Positions 21,304 through 32,344 of a DNA stretch of 64,000 bases are shown here, piece after piece (within the stretch, counting starts at the first letter, position 1; each line of letters opens with the position of its first letter). The notes under the pieces are model-generated. The model was not told where the DNA came from and did no database searches. It saw only the letters and a program-made list of their open reading frames with translations. A program made the position numbers and the translations under genes. The DNA is from an uncultured Gemmatimonadaceae bacterium (lineage in GTDB: Bacteria > Gemmatimonadota > Gemmatimonadetes > Gemmatimonadales > Gemmatimonadaceae): the NCBI GenBank assembly GCA_963829055.1, contig CAWHHI010000010.1:64001-128000 (forward strand), read 5' to 3'.

Positions 21304-22204
21304 TCACGATTTCGATTTCGCAGCCTTCTGCTTCGCCAACTCCGACCGGAACTCCTGCTCCTTCTGCGCGATGAACGCCGCACAGCCTTTCGGATCGACG
21401 AACGCGTCAGCGGAGCCCGCCTGCTTTCGCGCGTACTTCGCCTCCATGTCGAAGTACGCGCCGTGCGCGCCGAGGAAGAGATCGCACGGCAGCGACTCGA
21501 GCACGCGAAACGTTCGCTCGTAGTCCTGCGCGATCGTCGGATACGTTCGCGTTGTCGACGAGCTTGTAGCCCGGGTTGACGTTAGGGCTTCCGATGATCA
21601 CGGCGTTGTAGGTCTTGCCACCATCGCGCACCGTCAGCGTCCACGTCGTACACCCCTTCGTGTGACCGGGAGTGAGATGTGCCACCAGCACGACGCCGCC
21701 GAGCTTCACCTCGTCGCCGTCGTGCAGGACGCGGTCGACTCGCACGGGCGTATACAGTGTGGTCGCGTCGCCGGCATAGTGGAAATCGGTCTTGCCCCCG
21801 GATTCGACCACGGGAACGTCGGCATCCATCACCATGTAGCTCGCGCCCGTGAGCGCCTTCACCTTCGCGCTGCCGGCGTCGTGGTCCCAGTGCGCGTGGC
21901 TGATCAGCAGGATCTTCACATCGCTGAACTTGAAGCCGAGCTGCTCGATGCTCGCCTTGATGAGCGGCACGTTCGCGTCGAGGTCGCTGTTGATCAGGAT
22001 GTGGCCCTGCGGCGTCGTGATCAGATAGTTCGCCAGGCCCTTGCTGCCGACGTAGTAGAGATTGTCGGCGATGCGGAATGGCGGAAACGGCTCGGTCCAG
22101 GCGGGCGGACTGCCCTGCGACGATGCCCTGCTGGCTGTGATGGCAATCAGGATCGACGCGACAGCCGCGATGGCCCGCGCAGATGTTTTGGCCAGGGTTT
22201 TCAT
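21304..22204 (-). CDS. Subclass B3 metallo-beta-lactamase (frameshift ~21545)
   Basis: PFPPFRIADNLYYVG, SHAHWDH, TPGHTKGCTTW, LPCDLFLGAHG; signal peptide. Confidence 0.92.
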
Positions 22205-22261
22205 GGTACCGCGAATCTTCATGCCGTCCACAGGTGAGTCAACGGGAAGCGCCAGGTGCGC

Positions 22262-24606
22262 CTAACGCACCCCCATCTCCCGATCGATGCGGTCCGCGAG
22301 CCGCGCAAAGCGCGCATCGGAGCGCAACGGATCCAGTCCGGGATCGCTTCGCACCGCGCGGTGAGGGAACTTCCAGTTGCTGCGCTCCAGCCAGACGAAG
22401 GCGCTGTCGGACTGGCGTAGGGCCACGTACGCACGTCCGATGTTGAACGGCTCGATAGGCTGGACCTTCGCTCGCCGCAAGCTCTCCAGCGCCGCCTCGA
22501 TCTCGCCACGCAGTGCCTGGACGAAGGCGAGGTCCGCCAGAAAATCCGGACGTTCCGGTCCGAGCTCGACCGCCTTCCGCTGTGCGCTCACTGCATCGTC
22601 GAGCATTCCCTTCTGCGCGTAGGCAAGGCCGAGACGGTTGTACCCCCTCGCCCAGCTCGGGCTGATCTCCAGCGCCCTTCGCTGCTGGGCGATCGCGCAG
22701 TCATAGTTGCGAGCGAGATAACACTGCCAACCGTAGTTGCCGGTGACGACAATCGCGAACGGGTCGAGCTCATCCGCGCGCCGACTTTCTTCGAGTGCTT
22801 CCGGCAACCTACCCAGCCCTGCCAGCAGCAGGGAGTACCAGCTGTGCGTGGTCGCGTTGCCAGGATTCAATTGAACGGCCCGGCGAAACTCCCGCTCGGC
22901 GCCTGGCCAGTTTCGTTGCCATTGGAGTGAAACCGCAAACGATGTATGGGCATCGGCGGACTTGTCGTTGATCGCGAGCGCCCGTTCCGCCGCCCATTTG
23001 TGGCGCGAGTTGATCTCCTCCTCAGGGAGGCTCGAGATATTGAGCTGGTAGGCCGTCATGTACGCGTCCGCGAGTCCCGCGTAGGCATCCGCGAAGCCGG
23101 AGTCGCGCTCGATCGCCCGGCTGTAGTAGTCAACGGCGCGCTCGTGCCCGTCCTTGGTTCTTGTGTTCCAGAGATATCGGCCACGACGGTACAGCTCGTA
23201 CGCCTCCGCGTTTGTCGTCCCCTGGGTCACGAGCGCAGTTCGCCCCCGCTCCCCTAGCTCTATCTCGAGAGCCCGGACGACTTCCCGCGCGATCTTCTCC
23301 TGCACTCCGATGATGTCCGGCAGGTCGCTGTCGAATGTCTGCGCCCAGAGATGAGCGTCCGCGCGCGCATCTGATCAGTTGTGCGGTAATCCGGAATCGC
23401 AGGCCATTCTGCCGCACGCTCCCCTCGAGGATATGCGCGACCTTGAGCTCACGTGCGATCTCCCGTAGCGGCTCGTTGCTTCCTTTGTAGTGCATCGCCG
23501 AGGTACGCGAGATCACCTTGAGCTCGGGTAGGGCCGAGAGGCCTGTGATGATCTCCTCGGTGAGACCATCGGTGAAGTAATCGCGGTCGGCGTCCGCAGT
23601 CAGATTGACGAAAGGGAGCACGGCAATCGAGCGCTCGGGGTGACCATCGAGGGGCCAAGAACCTCCAGAGCGCCGCCACCACAAGAACAGCCGCCAGGAG
23701 CGCGAGCAGACCCGCCCGCCGAACGAGCCTCCTCGGTTCACCACCGGCTCTGCGTTCGGCGGTCGCCGCCGGCGACTCAGGCGTCGGCGACGCGGGAACC
23801 GATTCAGGCGATGGGGCAGGCGATACGGAAGGCGATTCCGTCGGAGCGGACACGCTCACCGCGGCAGCGGGTTCCCGTCGCAACCGTTCGGCAAGGGCGG
23901 CAATCTCGGGATTCCCCGCTATCCCAAACTCCTCCTGAAGGAGTCGCTGGTGAATCGCCGCATGCTGGAGTGCCGCAGCCGGGTTGCCACTTGCGTCCAG
24001 CGCCTGCATGAGGCGGAGGGCAACACGCGAGTCGTACAGATCCTGTGCTGCCCTCACCTTCCACCACTCGGCCGCCCTCGAAAAGTCCCGCGCCGCCTCT
24101 GCCTCCTGAGCGAGAGCTTCCAACGCCTTTGCATAGCCGGCCGCAAGCCGTTCGCGCTCCCGGCTCACCCACTGCTCGAACTCCGGCGCGTCGCTGAGAA
24201 AGAATCCGTCGAGAAAGGGACCTCTGTAGAGAGCTACCGCTCGCGCGTGATCCGCACCCGCCAGCGCGGTGTCGAACTCGGTCGCATCCACCCGGACCAC
24301 GTCGGCATTCAGCCGCAGGTCATCCCCCTCCGATAGCACGGCGGCTTCGCCCAGCGACGTTCGCAACACGTAAGTCGAAACCTTGAGCAGGTTCCGCCCC
24401 CGCTCGGCGTCGCTCTCAGGCCAGAGGTAGGCGATCAGCTTGTCGCGACTGAGCCGAGCCAATGGGGCCGTGGCGATCAGCGCGAGCAGCGCGAGGCGAT
24501 GGCGCTGCGCAACTCGGCCCGTAAGCGCGGGCCCGCCCTCTCGTTCGATCGATGGGCTACCGAAGAGCCTGAGATGGAAGGTCGGAGGCGAGTCACGCGA
24601 GTTCAT
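22262..24606 (-). CDS. SARP/BTAD transcriptional activator with TM segment, TolB-like and TPR domains (frameshifts ~23660, ~23370)
   Basis: LSRDKLIAYLWPE, AVALYRGPFLDGF...FEQW; TM helix; SIAVLPFVNL...DYFTDGLTEE; TPRs; DPLRSDARF. Confidence 0.9.
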
Positions 24607-24655
24607 CGCGAGTTCACCGGCGCGACACGCCGCGTTCACCGTCCCGCCTCACCAT
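24596..24655 (+). promoter_or_regulatory. Putative SARP-binding direct repeats (GTTCA at 24601, 24612, 24634) and candidate -10 box
   Basis: CGCGAGTTCA repeated at 11-bp spacing, third copy 22 bp further, CACCAT at 24650-24655. Confidence 0.65.
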
Positions 24656-24770
24656 TCGCGCGCCACACCCGACGTGAGCGACCGAGCAACGCAGGTCGCC
24701 GGCAGTCGCGGTGTTGGATCCTTCGAAACCCATCTCAGCACTGAGTGATTCAGTCGCATCAGGAGGTCGT

Positions 24771-26000
24771 ATGTCACGAAGTCGGCTCTACACCATTCCA
24801 ACTCTCGCGCTGGTTGCCGCCATGGCAATGGCGTGCTCGGAGCAGAGCACTGCTCCGACATTGAGAGCAACTAGTGATGAAGGTTCAGGTCGAGACGCAT
24901 CGAAGCAATCTGTAACACCCGCGAGTGTGGGGTGGCAGGAGCAGGCGCGCTCCCTCGTCGCCGCGAATAACGTGAACGTACTCGCCGCGGCGCGTATCTA
25001 CGCGGCGCTGAGCGTCGCGCAGTACCGTGCGGTGATGGCCGTCCATGATCCCGATGCCCACGGCAATTCGACCCCTGAGGGTATCGGCGCCGGCGGACGG
25101 AGCGAACTCGAGGCACAGCGCGGGGCCGTCGCCGGCGCGTCGGCCCAGGTGCTGAGCTTCTTCTTTCCGGCGGCCGCCCCGAATCTGGAGCACAACGTAC
25201 TAGTAGAAGGCGAGACGGGACCAGGGAACATGCACCCGCAGTTCACGCGGGGGTTGGCTATCGGGCGGCACATGGGGGACGTGCTCGTGGACCGCGCGAA
25301 AAGTGATCACTTCACCGCTCCCTGGACCGGAAGCGTTCCCGTCGGAGCCGGGAAGTGGGTGGCCAACGGCCCGCCTGGCGGCGCGACGTTGGGCGGTGTC
25401 ACCCCGTACTTCCTCACGTCTGGCGATCAATTCCGTCCCCCGCCACCACCGGAATTTGGTTCGGCGGCATTCATGGCAGATCTGAACGAGATCGCGACGC
25501 TAGCCGCCAACCGCACGCCCGCACAAACAGCCAGCGCTGTGTACTGGAATTTCCCAACGGGGACGTTCACGCCGGCCGGTTACTGGAACCTCGTCGCTTC
25601 CAATTATGTGGAAGCGAATTCGCTCGATGAGCGTGCCGCGACGCGTGCGTTCGCGCTGACGCATGCAGCCATGATGGACGCGCTCATCGGCTGCTGGAAC
25701 GCGAAGTATTACTACTGGATGTTGCGGCCATCACAGGCGAACCCAGTGATCACGCTGACGTTCGCGTTGCCGAACTTTCCGGCGTATCCCTCGGGACACT
25801 CGTGCGTGTCGGCCGCGGCCGCGACGGTGTTGGGCTCTCTGTTTCCTGAACGGACAACTGAGCTCGACACGTTCGTAACGGACGCTGGCCTCTCTCGAAT
25901 GTACGCCGGCATCCACTACCGCTTCGACATTACCGCCGGACGAGAGCTCGGTGAAGCGGTGGCGCGCTGGGCAATTGCACACGCCAGTCTGCTCGACTGA
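24771..26000 (+). CDS. Lipoprotein, vanadium haloperoxidase/PAP2 superfamily
   Basis: AGGAGG RBS; lipobox AMAC; KYYYWMLRP, YPSGH, SRMYAGIHYRFD. Confidence 0.88.
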   Translation: MSRSRLYTIPTLALVAAMAMACSEQSTAPTLRATSDEGSGRDASKQSVTPASVGWQEQARSLVAANNVNVLAAARIYAALSVAQYRAVMAVHDPDAHGNSTPEGIGAGGRSELEAQRGAVAGASAQVLSFFFPAAAPNLEHNVLVEGETGPGNMHPQFTRGLAIGRHMGDVLVDRAKSDHFTAPWTGSVPVGAGKWVANGPPGGATLGGVTPYFLTSGDQFRPPPPPEFGSAAFMADLNEIATLAANRTPAQTASAVYWNFPTGTFTPAGYWNLVASNYVEANSLDERAATRAFALTHAAMMDALIGCWNAKYYYWMLRPSQANPVITLTFALPNFPAYPSGHSCVSAAAATVLGSLFPERTTELDTFVTDAGLSRMYAGIHYRFDITAGRELGEAVARWAIAHASLLD

Positions 26001-26111
26001 GTCATTCCGAGCGGAGCGAGAAACCCTGCACTCTTACTAGAGCGGATTGCCTCTCTACCGGGACACCAAGGATTCCTCGCTCCGCTCGGAATGACAACCC
26101 CTCGGAATGAC
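26001..26111. repeat. REP-like palindromic element with duplicated right end
   Basis: GTCATTCCGAGCGGAGCGAG...CTCGCTCCGCTCGGAATGAC, followed by an extra CTCGGAATGAC. Confidence 0.9.
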
Positions 26112-26118
26112 GGCAGGC

Positions 26119-27061
26119 CTACTCGCTGCGAAGTGTCACCGCCGGGTCCACCGCAGCGGCACGCGGAACCTGAACGCCGTCACTGGAAACGTGATTCCAA
26201 CTTCGAACGGCAGCCCCGGGATGAACGTCGTGACGGTGCGCAGCACGAGCCAGACACCTGTGAGCGCCGCGATACCCAGTAGCGCGCTCTCCGTCAGGAG
26301 CTGTCGGATGAGCCGAGTTCGCGCCGCACCTAACGACAGGCGGATGGCGATCTCGTGCCGTCGCGCCGTCGCGAGTCCCGTCAGGAGCGCGCTCACGTTC
26401 GTGCAGGTGACAAGCAGAACGAGCAGGCCCAGCAGACCGACCGAGACCGTCATCAGCTAACACGGAGAAGTAGTTCTCTGTTACGAACGTCACTCTCGCC
26501 GCGAGCCTCTGCCGCTCGGCGCCATCGCCCACCGTCAGTGCCGCCGACGCATCCGTCCAGCCGGCGACGGCGGAGAAGTGAGTCGTCAGCTTTCGATGTT
26601 CGAGAAACTCCTCTTCGGAGAACGTGCGATACCCGCGCTCCGGCCCGCCGTACGTTCGGCTGCCGCGAATGCGAACGAGATCGTCCTCGAGCGTGACGCC
26701 GGGCGGCGGCTGCTTCGCGTATGCGTACACGTAGGTGAACAGCAGCGTGCTTATCGTAAGACCGGCGACGAGCACGACGAGCATCGTCAGCGTCGTTCCC
26801 GGCTTTCGCGCGAAGTGGCGGAGCGCGAATCGCGAGTCGGCGGTCAACGCGTCCACCCAACCGGCACCTCGTGCGTCGCGCGCTTCTTCCTGCAGGTAGG
26901 CGACGTTGCCGAACTCGCGCAGCGCCGCGTACCTGGCGTCCTTCGGGGAAAGGCCCCGTGCGACGAGCCGCGCAGTCGAGTGGGGGTTCGGCCTGCATTT
27001 CCCGCTCGAGCCGGCGACGCAGCAGGAGGGACCGAACCCGTTGGCGTACGCGGTTGAGCAT
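26119..27061 (-). pseudogene. Degraded ADOP/FtsX-type ABC permease
   Basis: RRLEREMQAE prefix; DSRFALRHFARKP; VTENYFSVL jumps directly to [11 protein letters not shown]...[10 protein letters not shown]...QLLTES; only ~0.95 kb against ~2.45 kb for the intact paralog. Confidence 0.85.
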
Positions 27062-27168
27062 CAGGTCACCCGGAGGATGGCCGTGTCGGCGAGAAGGCGT
27101 CGGCTGCGGGTCGGTCGACTGACCCTCCACCAAGTGATCGGGTGGTCAGGTGCAGTATGGATACGCCA

Positions 27169-27187
27169 CCACTAGACAGTCAAGTGG
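27169..27187. promoter_or_regulatory. Putative PadR-type operator (CCACTAGACAGTCAAGTGG)
   Basis: Imperfect palindrome upstream of the ADOP pseudogene; same TnGA-N3-TCnA core as 36229 and 36262. Confidence 0.55.
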
Positions 27188-27240
27188 TAGCTACCGGCTG
27201 CGGTGATCAATGACCGGTCGTCACGAACACCTCCAGCACG

Positions 27241-27654
27241 TCACTGCTCCTCGATGCGAATGGCTTGCGCTCCGGTCCGCAGCAGCGCGGTCCCGATCTC
27301 CGCAAGGCGACTGGTGTCGCCGGCGATCGTCGCGAAATGGTTTCCGGCCAGCGGACCCGCGTTGCAGGCGAAACGCGTTAGGCCGTAGGGGATGAGAATC
27401 TCCGTCTCGCTCACACCGCCGGGGTACAACAACAGCTCACCCGCCTTCGGCTCGGTCTTCGCGTTCTCGGCGGTTCGCGCCACTTGCAGGTCGCCGAGCG
27501 GAAGCCACGCGGCTTCTCCGCTCCAGCGCGCGTGAATGATCTGGCCATCGAGCGGCAGGAGACGGCGGACCGTCTCGCACGTCAATGGTGCCGCGTCTTC
27601 CTCCCAGAAGGCGTCGAACCGCTGTGCGCCAATCGTGATCGTCAGTCGTCGCAT
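27241..27654 (-). CDS. DUF3830 family (cyclophilin-like fold) protein
   Basis: APLTC...IIHARWSGEAAW; LLYPGGVSETEILIPYG; GPLAGNHFATI. Confidence 0.85.
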   Translation of the reverse strand: MRRLTITIGAQRFDAFWEEDAAPLTCETVRRLLPLDGQIIHARWSGEAAWLPLGDLQVARTAENAKTEPKAGELLLYPGGVSETEILIPYGLTRFACNAGPLAGNHFATIAGDTSRLAEIGTALLRTGAQAIRIEEQ

Positions 27655-27878
27655 GAATTCTCCGGTTGGAGACGAAGTTAGACGCCGACCGTGTCGTAGA
27701 ACAGCCGTGGGTGACACATACTCGCGCGTTCACCTTCGAGCTTGACGTCCCGTATCTACCGACGTTAGGCGGATCCGGCCGACTGCATCCATTACTCGCC
27801 TCGCGCTCGCGAGATTCTGACCGTCGCCGGACATCGCCTCCGCTTGCGCTCGTCAACACGCGCGCGGTACGCTACCGA

Positions 27879-29773
27879 ATGCCTATGCCAGCTGTCCTTC
27901 GCTCCCTGCAACGCCTTCTGTTCCGCATATCCCGCTCGGCTCTCGTACTAGCGGTCGTCACGACGCATCCTCGCGCGCACGGTGATGGCGCAAGGCAGCG
28001 CCGAGTACGAGCGCCGCGAGCTGAAGATTCCGATGCGCGACGGCGTCACACTGTTCGCTGTCGCGCTCATCCCCAAGGGGGCGACCGCTCCGCTCCCCAT
28101 CCTCCTCATCCGCACTCCGTTCAGTGCCGCTCGCGAGTTCGGGAGCACCACGTTGCCGGTGTCGCTCCGCGAGCTCGGAGAGGACGGATACATCTTCGTC
28201 TCGGAAGACATCCGCGGACGGTTCGGATCGGGAGGGACCTTCGTCTCCCTGAGACCTCAACGTGACCCGCGCGACGCGCGCGGGGTGGACGAGTCGACCG
28301 ACGCCTGGGACACCGTCGACTGGCTCGTCCGCGAGCTGCCTAACAACAGCGGCAAGGTCGGCGTCCTCGGTATCTCGTATCGCGGCTGGCTCGCCGCCCT
28401 CGCGGGCGTCGGGGCACACCCCGCGATCAAGGCGATCTCGCCGCAGGGGCTCGTTGCCGACGTATGGCTCGGCGACGATTTCTTTCATCAGGGGGCATTC
28501 CGCCAGGCCCAGGGCGTTGCGTACGCGGCCTACATCGAGGGGACCAACGGGCTCTCGATCCCCGACTACGACCAGTACGACTTCTACCGCAAGCTCCCCA
28601 CGCTCGACACGCTGGCCAGGGCGACCGGCGTCGCCGACCTCCCGTCATGGGTGGGCTTTCGCACGCACCCGAGCTACGACGCCTACTGGGAGGCGCGCGC
28701 GCTCCAGAACGTGTACCGAACGCCCGAGGTCCCGACGCTCGTCGTCGGCGGCTGGTGGGATGAGGAAGACCTCCTCGGTCCGCAACTCATCTATCGCACG
28801 CTGGAACGCGCGGACACCGGCCGGCGCAACTTCCTCGTGATGGGACCGTGGTCGCACGGCAGCTGGTCACGCCCCGGCGGCGATTCGCTCGGTCCCGTTA
28901 GGCTCGGCGGGAAGTCGGCGGACTACTTCCGAGCCAGCATCCAGCGTCCATGGTTCGCCCACTACCTGCACGGCAAGGGCGACGGCCGCTTCCCCGAGGC
29001 GCAGGTCTTCGAGACCGGGGCGAACGAGTGGCGCCGCTTCGACGCCTGGCCGCCGAAGAATGCCATTCCGCGCCGACTCTACCTGCGCGGAGAACGGGCG
29101 CCTCGCCTTCGATCCGCCGGCAGCGTCCACCACGTCGGGCAGCGTTAGGCCTGCTCGCGACCCGATGCACGCCAACGACTTCGACGCGTTCGTCTCCGAC
29201 CCCGCCCATCCCGTCCCGTACATCCCCCGTCCCGACAACGGCGACGGGTGGAGCACGTGGCTGGTCCAGGACCAGCGCTTCGTCGACAACCGCCCCGACG
29301 TCCTCACGTGGACGTCGGAGCCGCTCAGCGAGGATCTCACGATCGCCGGTGACGTCGTCGCGCACCTCTTCGCGTCCACCACCGGCACCGACGCCGACTG
29401 GGTCGTGAAGCTCATCGACGTCTATCCCGACAGCGTCGCCGATCGCCCTCGGCTGGGCGGCTATGAGCTCATCGTCAACGCCGACATCTTGCGGGGTCGC
29501 TACTGGAAGGGCTTCGCGCGCGCGACGCCGATCCCGGCGAACACGGTAACACCATTCACGGTGGACCTGCACGGGCAGCTGTACCGCTTCCGGAAGGGGC
29601 ATCGGCTCATGGTGCAGGTGCAGAGCACGTGGTTTCCGCTCTACGATCGCAACCCGCAGCGCTTCGTGCCTAACGTTTTCTCCGCGAAGCCCGACGACTT
29701 CCAGACGCAGACGCACCGCGTCTGGCATACGGCGACCCAGCCCTCGCACCTCAGCATCGCCGTGTTGCCCTGA
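27879..29773 (+). CDS. CocE/NonD family serine hydrolase (frameshifts ~27975, ~29090)
   Basis: IPMRDGVTL, DIRGRFGSGG, GISYRG nucleophile, GWWDEED, MGPWSHG, QVQSTWFPLYDRNPQ. Confidence 0.93.
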
Positions 29774-29807
29774 CCGCGTTGGCGCGGTTCGAACGACGCC
29801 GACGTCG

Positions 29808-30361
29808 TCACCAGCCCGACGTACCCGGGCCACCCTTCCACGGCCCGACGATCTCGCTCGTCACCCATCCGCCGTAGAACCCGCCATCCTGCGCGCGCAC
29901 GCGCTCCCCATCGACGAAGCACGCGACACGACCCGGATACACGGAGAAGCACGCTCCGATCGCCTCGTACGGCGCACGCGGGCGGGATAATACCACCCCG
30001 CACGTGTCGCGATCTGGTCGCGGGCAACGACGGACAGATAGCGCGCACCACCCTTCCACTCGCACTGGGAGCCGAGTGCGTCGGAATCCTCGACGAGCGA
30101 GTCTCGAAGGACTTCGGCCAACGGAAGGTAGAACGTCGGCGGGCTCGCGGTCTCGAGTAGCCGCAGGGCGTGGCGGGTGCGTATGATCTCGACGCCCGCA
30201 AAGCTCACGACGACTTCACGACTGTCCTGCAGCAGCTTCGGCGGTCGAGGGTAGTCCCACACCGACTCCTGGCCTGTAACGTTAGGCATGGCGAACAATG
30301 GTCTGTCCTCGCCGGTATAGCGCCAGAGTGCACGGGCGCGAGCATGCTCATCGCTGGACAC
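29808..30361 (-). CDS. DUF427 domain protein (frameshift ~29980)
   Basis: ESVWDYPRPP, LETASPPTFYLP, CEWKG, FYGGWVT...GPWKGGPGTSGW. Confidence 0.88.
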
Positions 30362-30364
30362 CGT

Positions 30365-31325
30365 TCAGTTCCGCCGTCCGTACTGGTCGTACCAGTCCAG
30401 CACTCGGCGAGCACGCAGCGTGACCCATCGATTCGGCTCACCGACGGTGCCGGCCAGCTCCTCGTGAAGGGTGTCGCGGTGTCGCACGTCGAGCAGCCAG
30501 CGGCCATCGCCCTGGCGCCGTTCGACGCACGATCGCGACCGCCTCCTCGACATGGCTGTCGGGCCTACACGCCAGCCGCGCGCAGATAGTCCAGCGCACG
30601 CAGCACGTCGTAGTGCCAGAGCGGCGGAAACGCGAACTGCGTCCACTCGCATTGATGATCTCGCCGGTCGACAACCGTCGGAGCAGACGCCGCTCGAGGA
30701 GATATTCCTCGCCGCGCTTGCGCGCGTCCGTCACCGCCGGCGCGGCGCCGAACGCCTGCTCGAACGCGAGCAGCCCTTCGAGCACACAGATCGTCGTGTG
30801 GAACGACGAGCGCACCGAGCCGCGCTCGGCCTCGCAGTTCCAGCCGCCGTCCGCGAGTTGTTCACTCAGCAGGCGATCGACGAGCCGATCGCTCCGCTCG
30901 CCGAAGTACGCGCCTAACGCGACGACTCGGCCGTTGATGCACGGCTCGACCTCGCCCTCGAAGAACGGCGAGTCTCCGAACTCGGGTCCCCAGGTGACGT
31001 GGTCGCGAACGAGATCGATCGCCGCTCGCACGCGCGCGCTCGCGGGGTCGACACCCAGGTCGCGCAGGAACACGCAGCGTGTACATGTTCGACCACCAGA
31101 ACGGCGTGGCGATGCCGTCGCCCCACTGGCCGTCGGGGCGCTGCTGGTCGAGCAGCCGCGGGCCCCAACCCTCGTCGCGACCCGCGACCGCTCGGCCGCG
31201 ACGATCTCGGCGGGCGTGTCCGTGAGATCGCGCATGACCTGCCAGCGGATCGACGGGTCGGCGTCGAGGAGCCAGTCGATTACGGGGTCGGTCGAGGATC
31301 GAGGGTACTCGCTAGTCGGGCTCAA
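30365..31325 (-). CDS. Prenyltransferase/squalene-cyclase-repeat-like hypothetical protein (several frameshifts)
   Basis: WLLDADPSIRWQVMRDL, EVEPCING, QLADGGWNCE, SSFHTTICVLEG, GEPNRWVTLRA. Confidence 0.75.
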
Positions 31326-31344
31326 ATCTCGTTAGGTCTTGGGT

Positions 31345-32344
31345 CTAATGGGGAGGCAGCGGGAGCTTTCCATCCAGCTCGTCGTACACGCGACGGATCG
31401 CGGTCTCGAGCTGGCTCCCGAACAACGTCCAACTCCTGAGCGCTCCCCAGTCGCCCTTCGCCGCAGCCTCGCATGGCTCGCCTGGCGAGGTGGTACCTGC
31501 CCCGCCACGAGCGCCAGTTGGAGGCGCGGCACACGGAACCTTCGCCGCATGCAGCCGCGTCGCCTCGGCGATCACCAACTCGAGCGCGCGGCGGTACGCC
31601 GGAAGGTCGGCCTTCAGTGTTGTCGCATCGTCGACGAAGCCGTGCCCCGGCACGTACCACGTGGCGTCCATGGACTCGGCGTTCTTCAGCGTCTGCACCC
31701 ATTCCAATGGATAGGCCGAGCGCATCGCGGGGAAGATCCAGTGCAGGTAGGCCTCGCTCATGAACAGCACGCGATTGCCCGGCAGATAGACGCTCAGATC
31801 ACCACCGGTGTGCGCGCGACCGAGGTCGAGGATCTCGATAGCTCGTGTCTCCCATCCGCATAACGCGCTTGTGCGACACGGTGTCGAGCGGCGTCGGCGG
31901 GCCATTCGGACCGCTCGACATGGCTCGCACCGACGCTGGCGTCGCAATGAAGGTGACACCGGCGGGGAACGCGGAGTTGCCGCCTGTATGGTCGCCGTGA
32001 TCGGAGCAGATGACGACGTACTTGATTGGCTGCGCCGTCGTCTTCGCGATCCAGTCGACCATCTCCCTCGTCTGCGTCGCGTTCCCCTGCCCGTCCGCGA
32101 CGAGAACGCCGTCACTGGTGATCACGATGAGGCTGACCGTGGTCATCTTGCCGCCGGGGTCTCCCCCGCGTAACGCCTCGTACGAGTAGACGCCGGGCGC
32201 GAGCTGCCTCGCGCGCGGGAAGTCGCGCTCGGTGAGGCCGCGCTTGGCGACGTCGGCAGTCTGCATCACCTGCGCAAACGACGCATGCGTTGGTGCGCCC
32301 ACGAGTGTCAGGCCGAGGATCGTCGTCGTGACGAGTCGCTTCAT
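31345..32344 (-). CDS. Secreted MBL-fold metallo-hydrolase (frameshift ~31860)
   Basis: GVLVAD, CSDHGDHTGGN, GRAHTGGD, VPGHG. Confidence 0.85.

Noticed and set aside
23628..23646. GHPERS in the SARP protein as a second in-frame repeat insertion
   Set aside because: The DNA match is short, and ERSIAVLPF is the ordinary start of the TolB-like domain.
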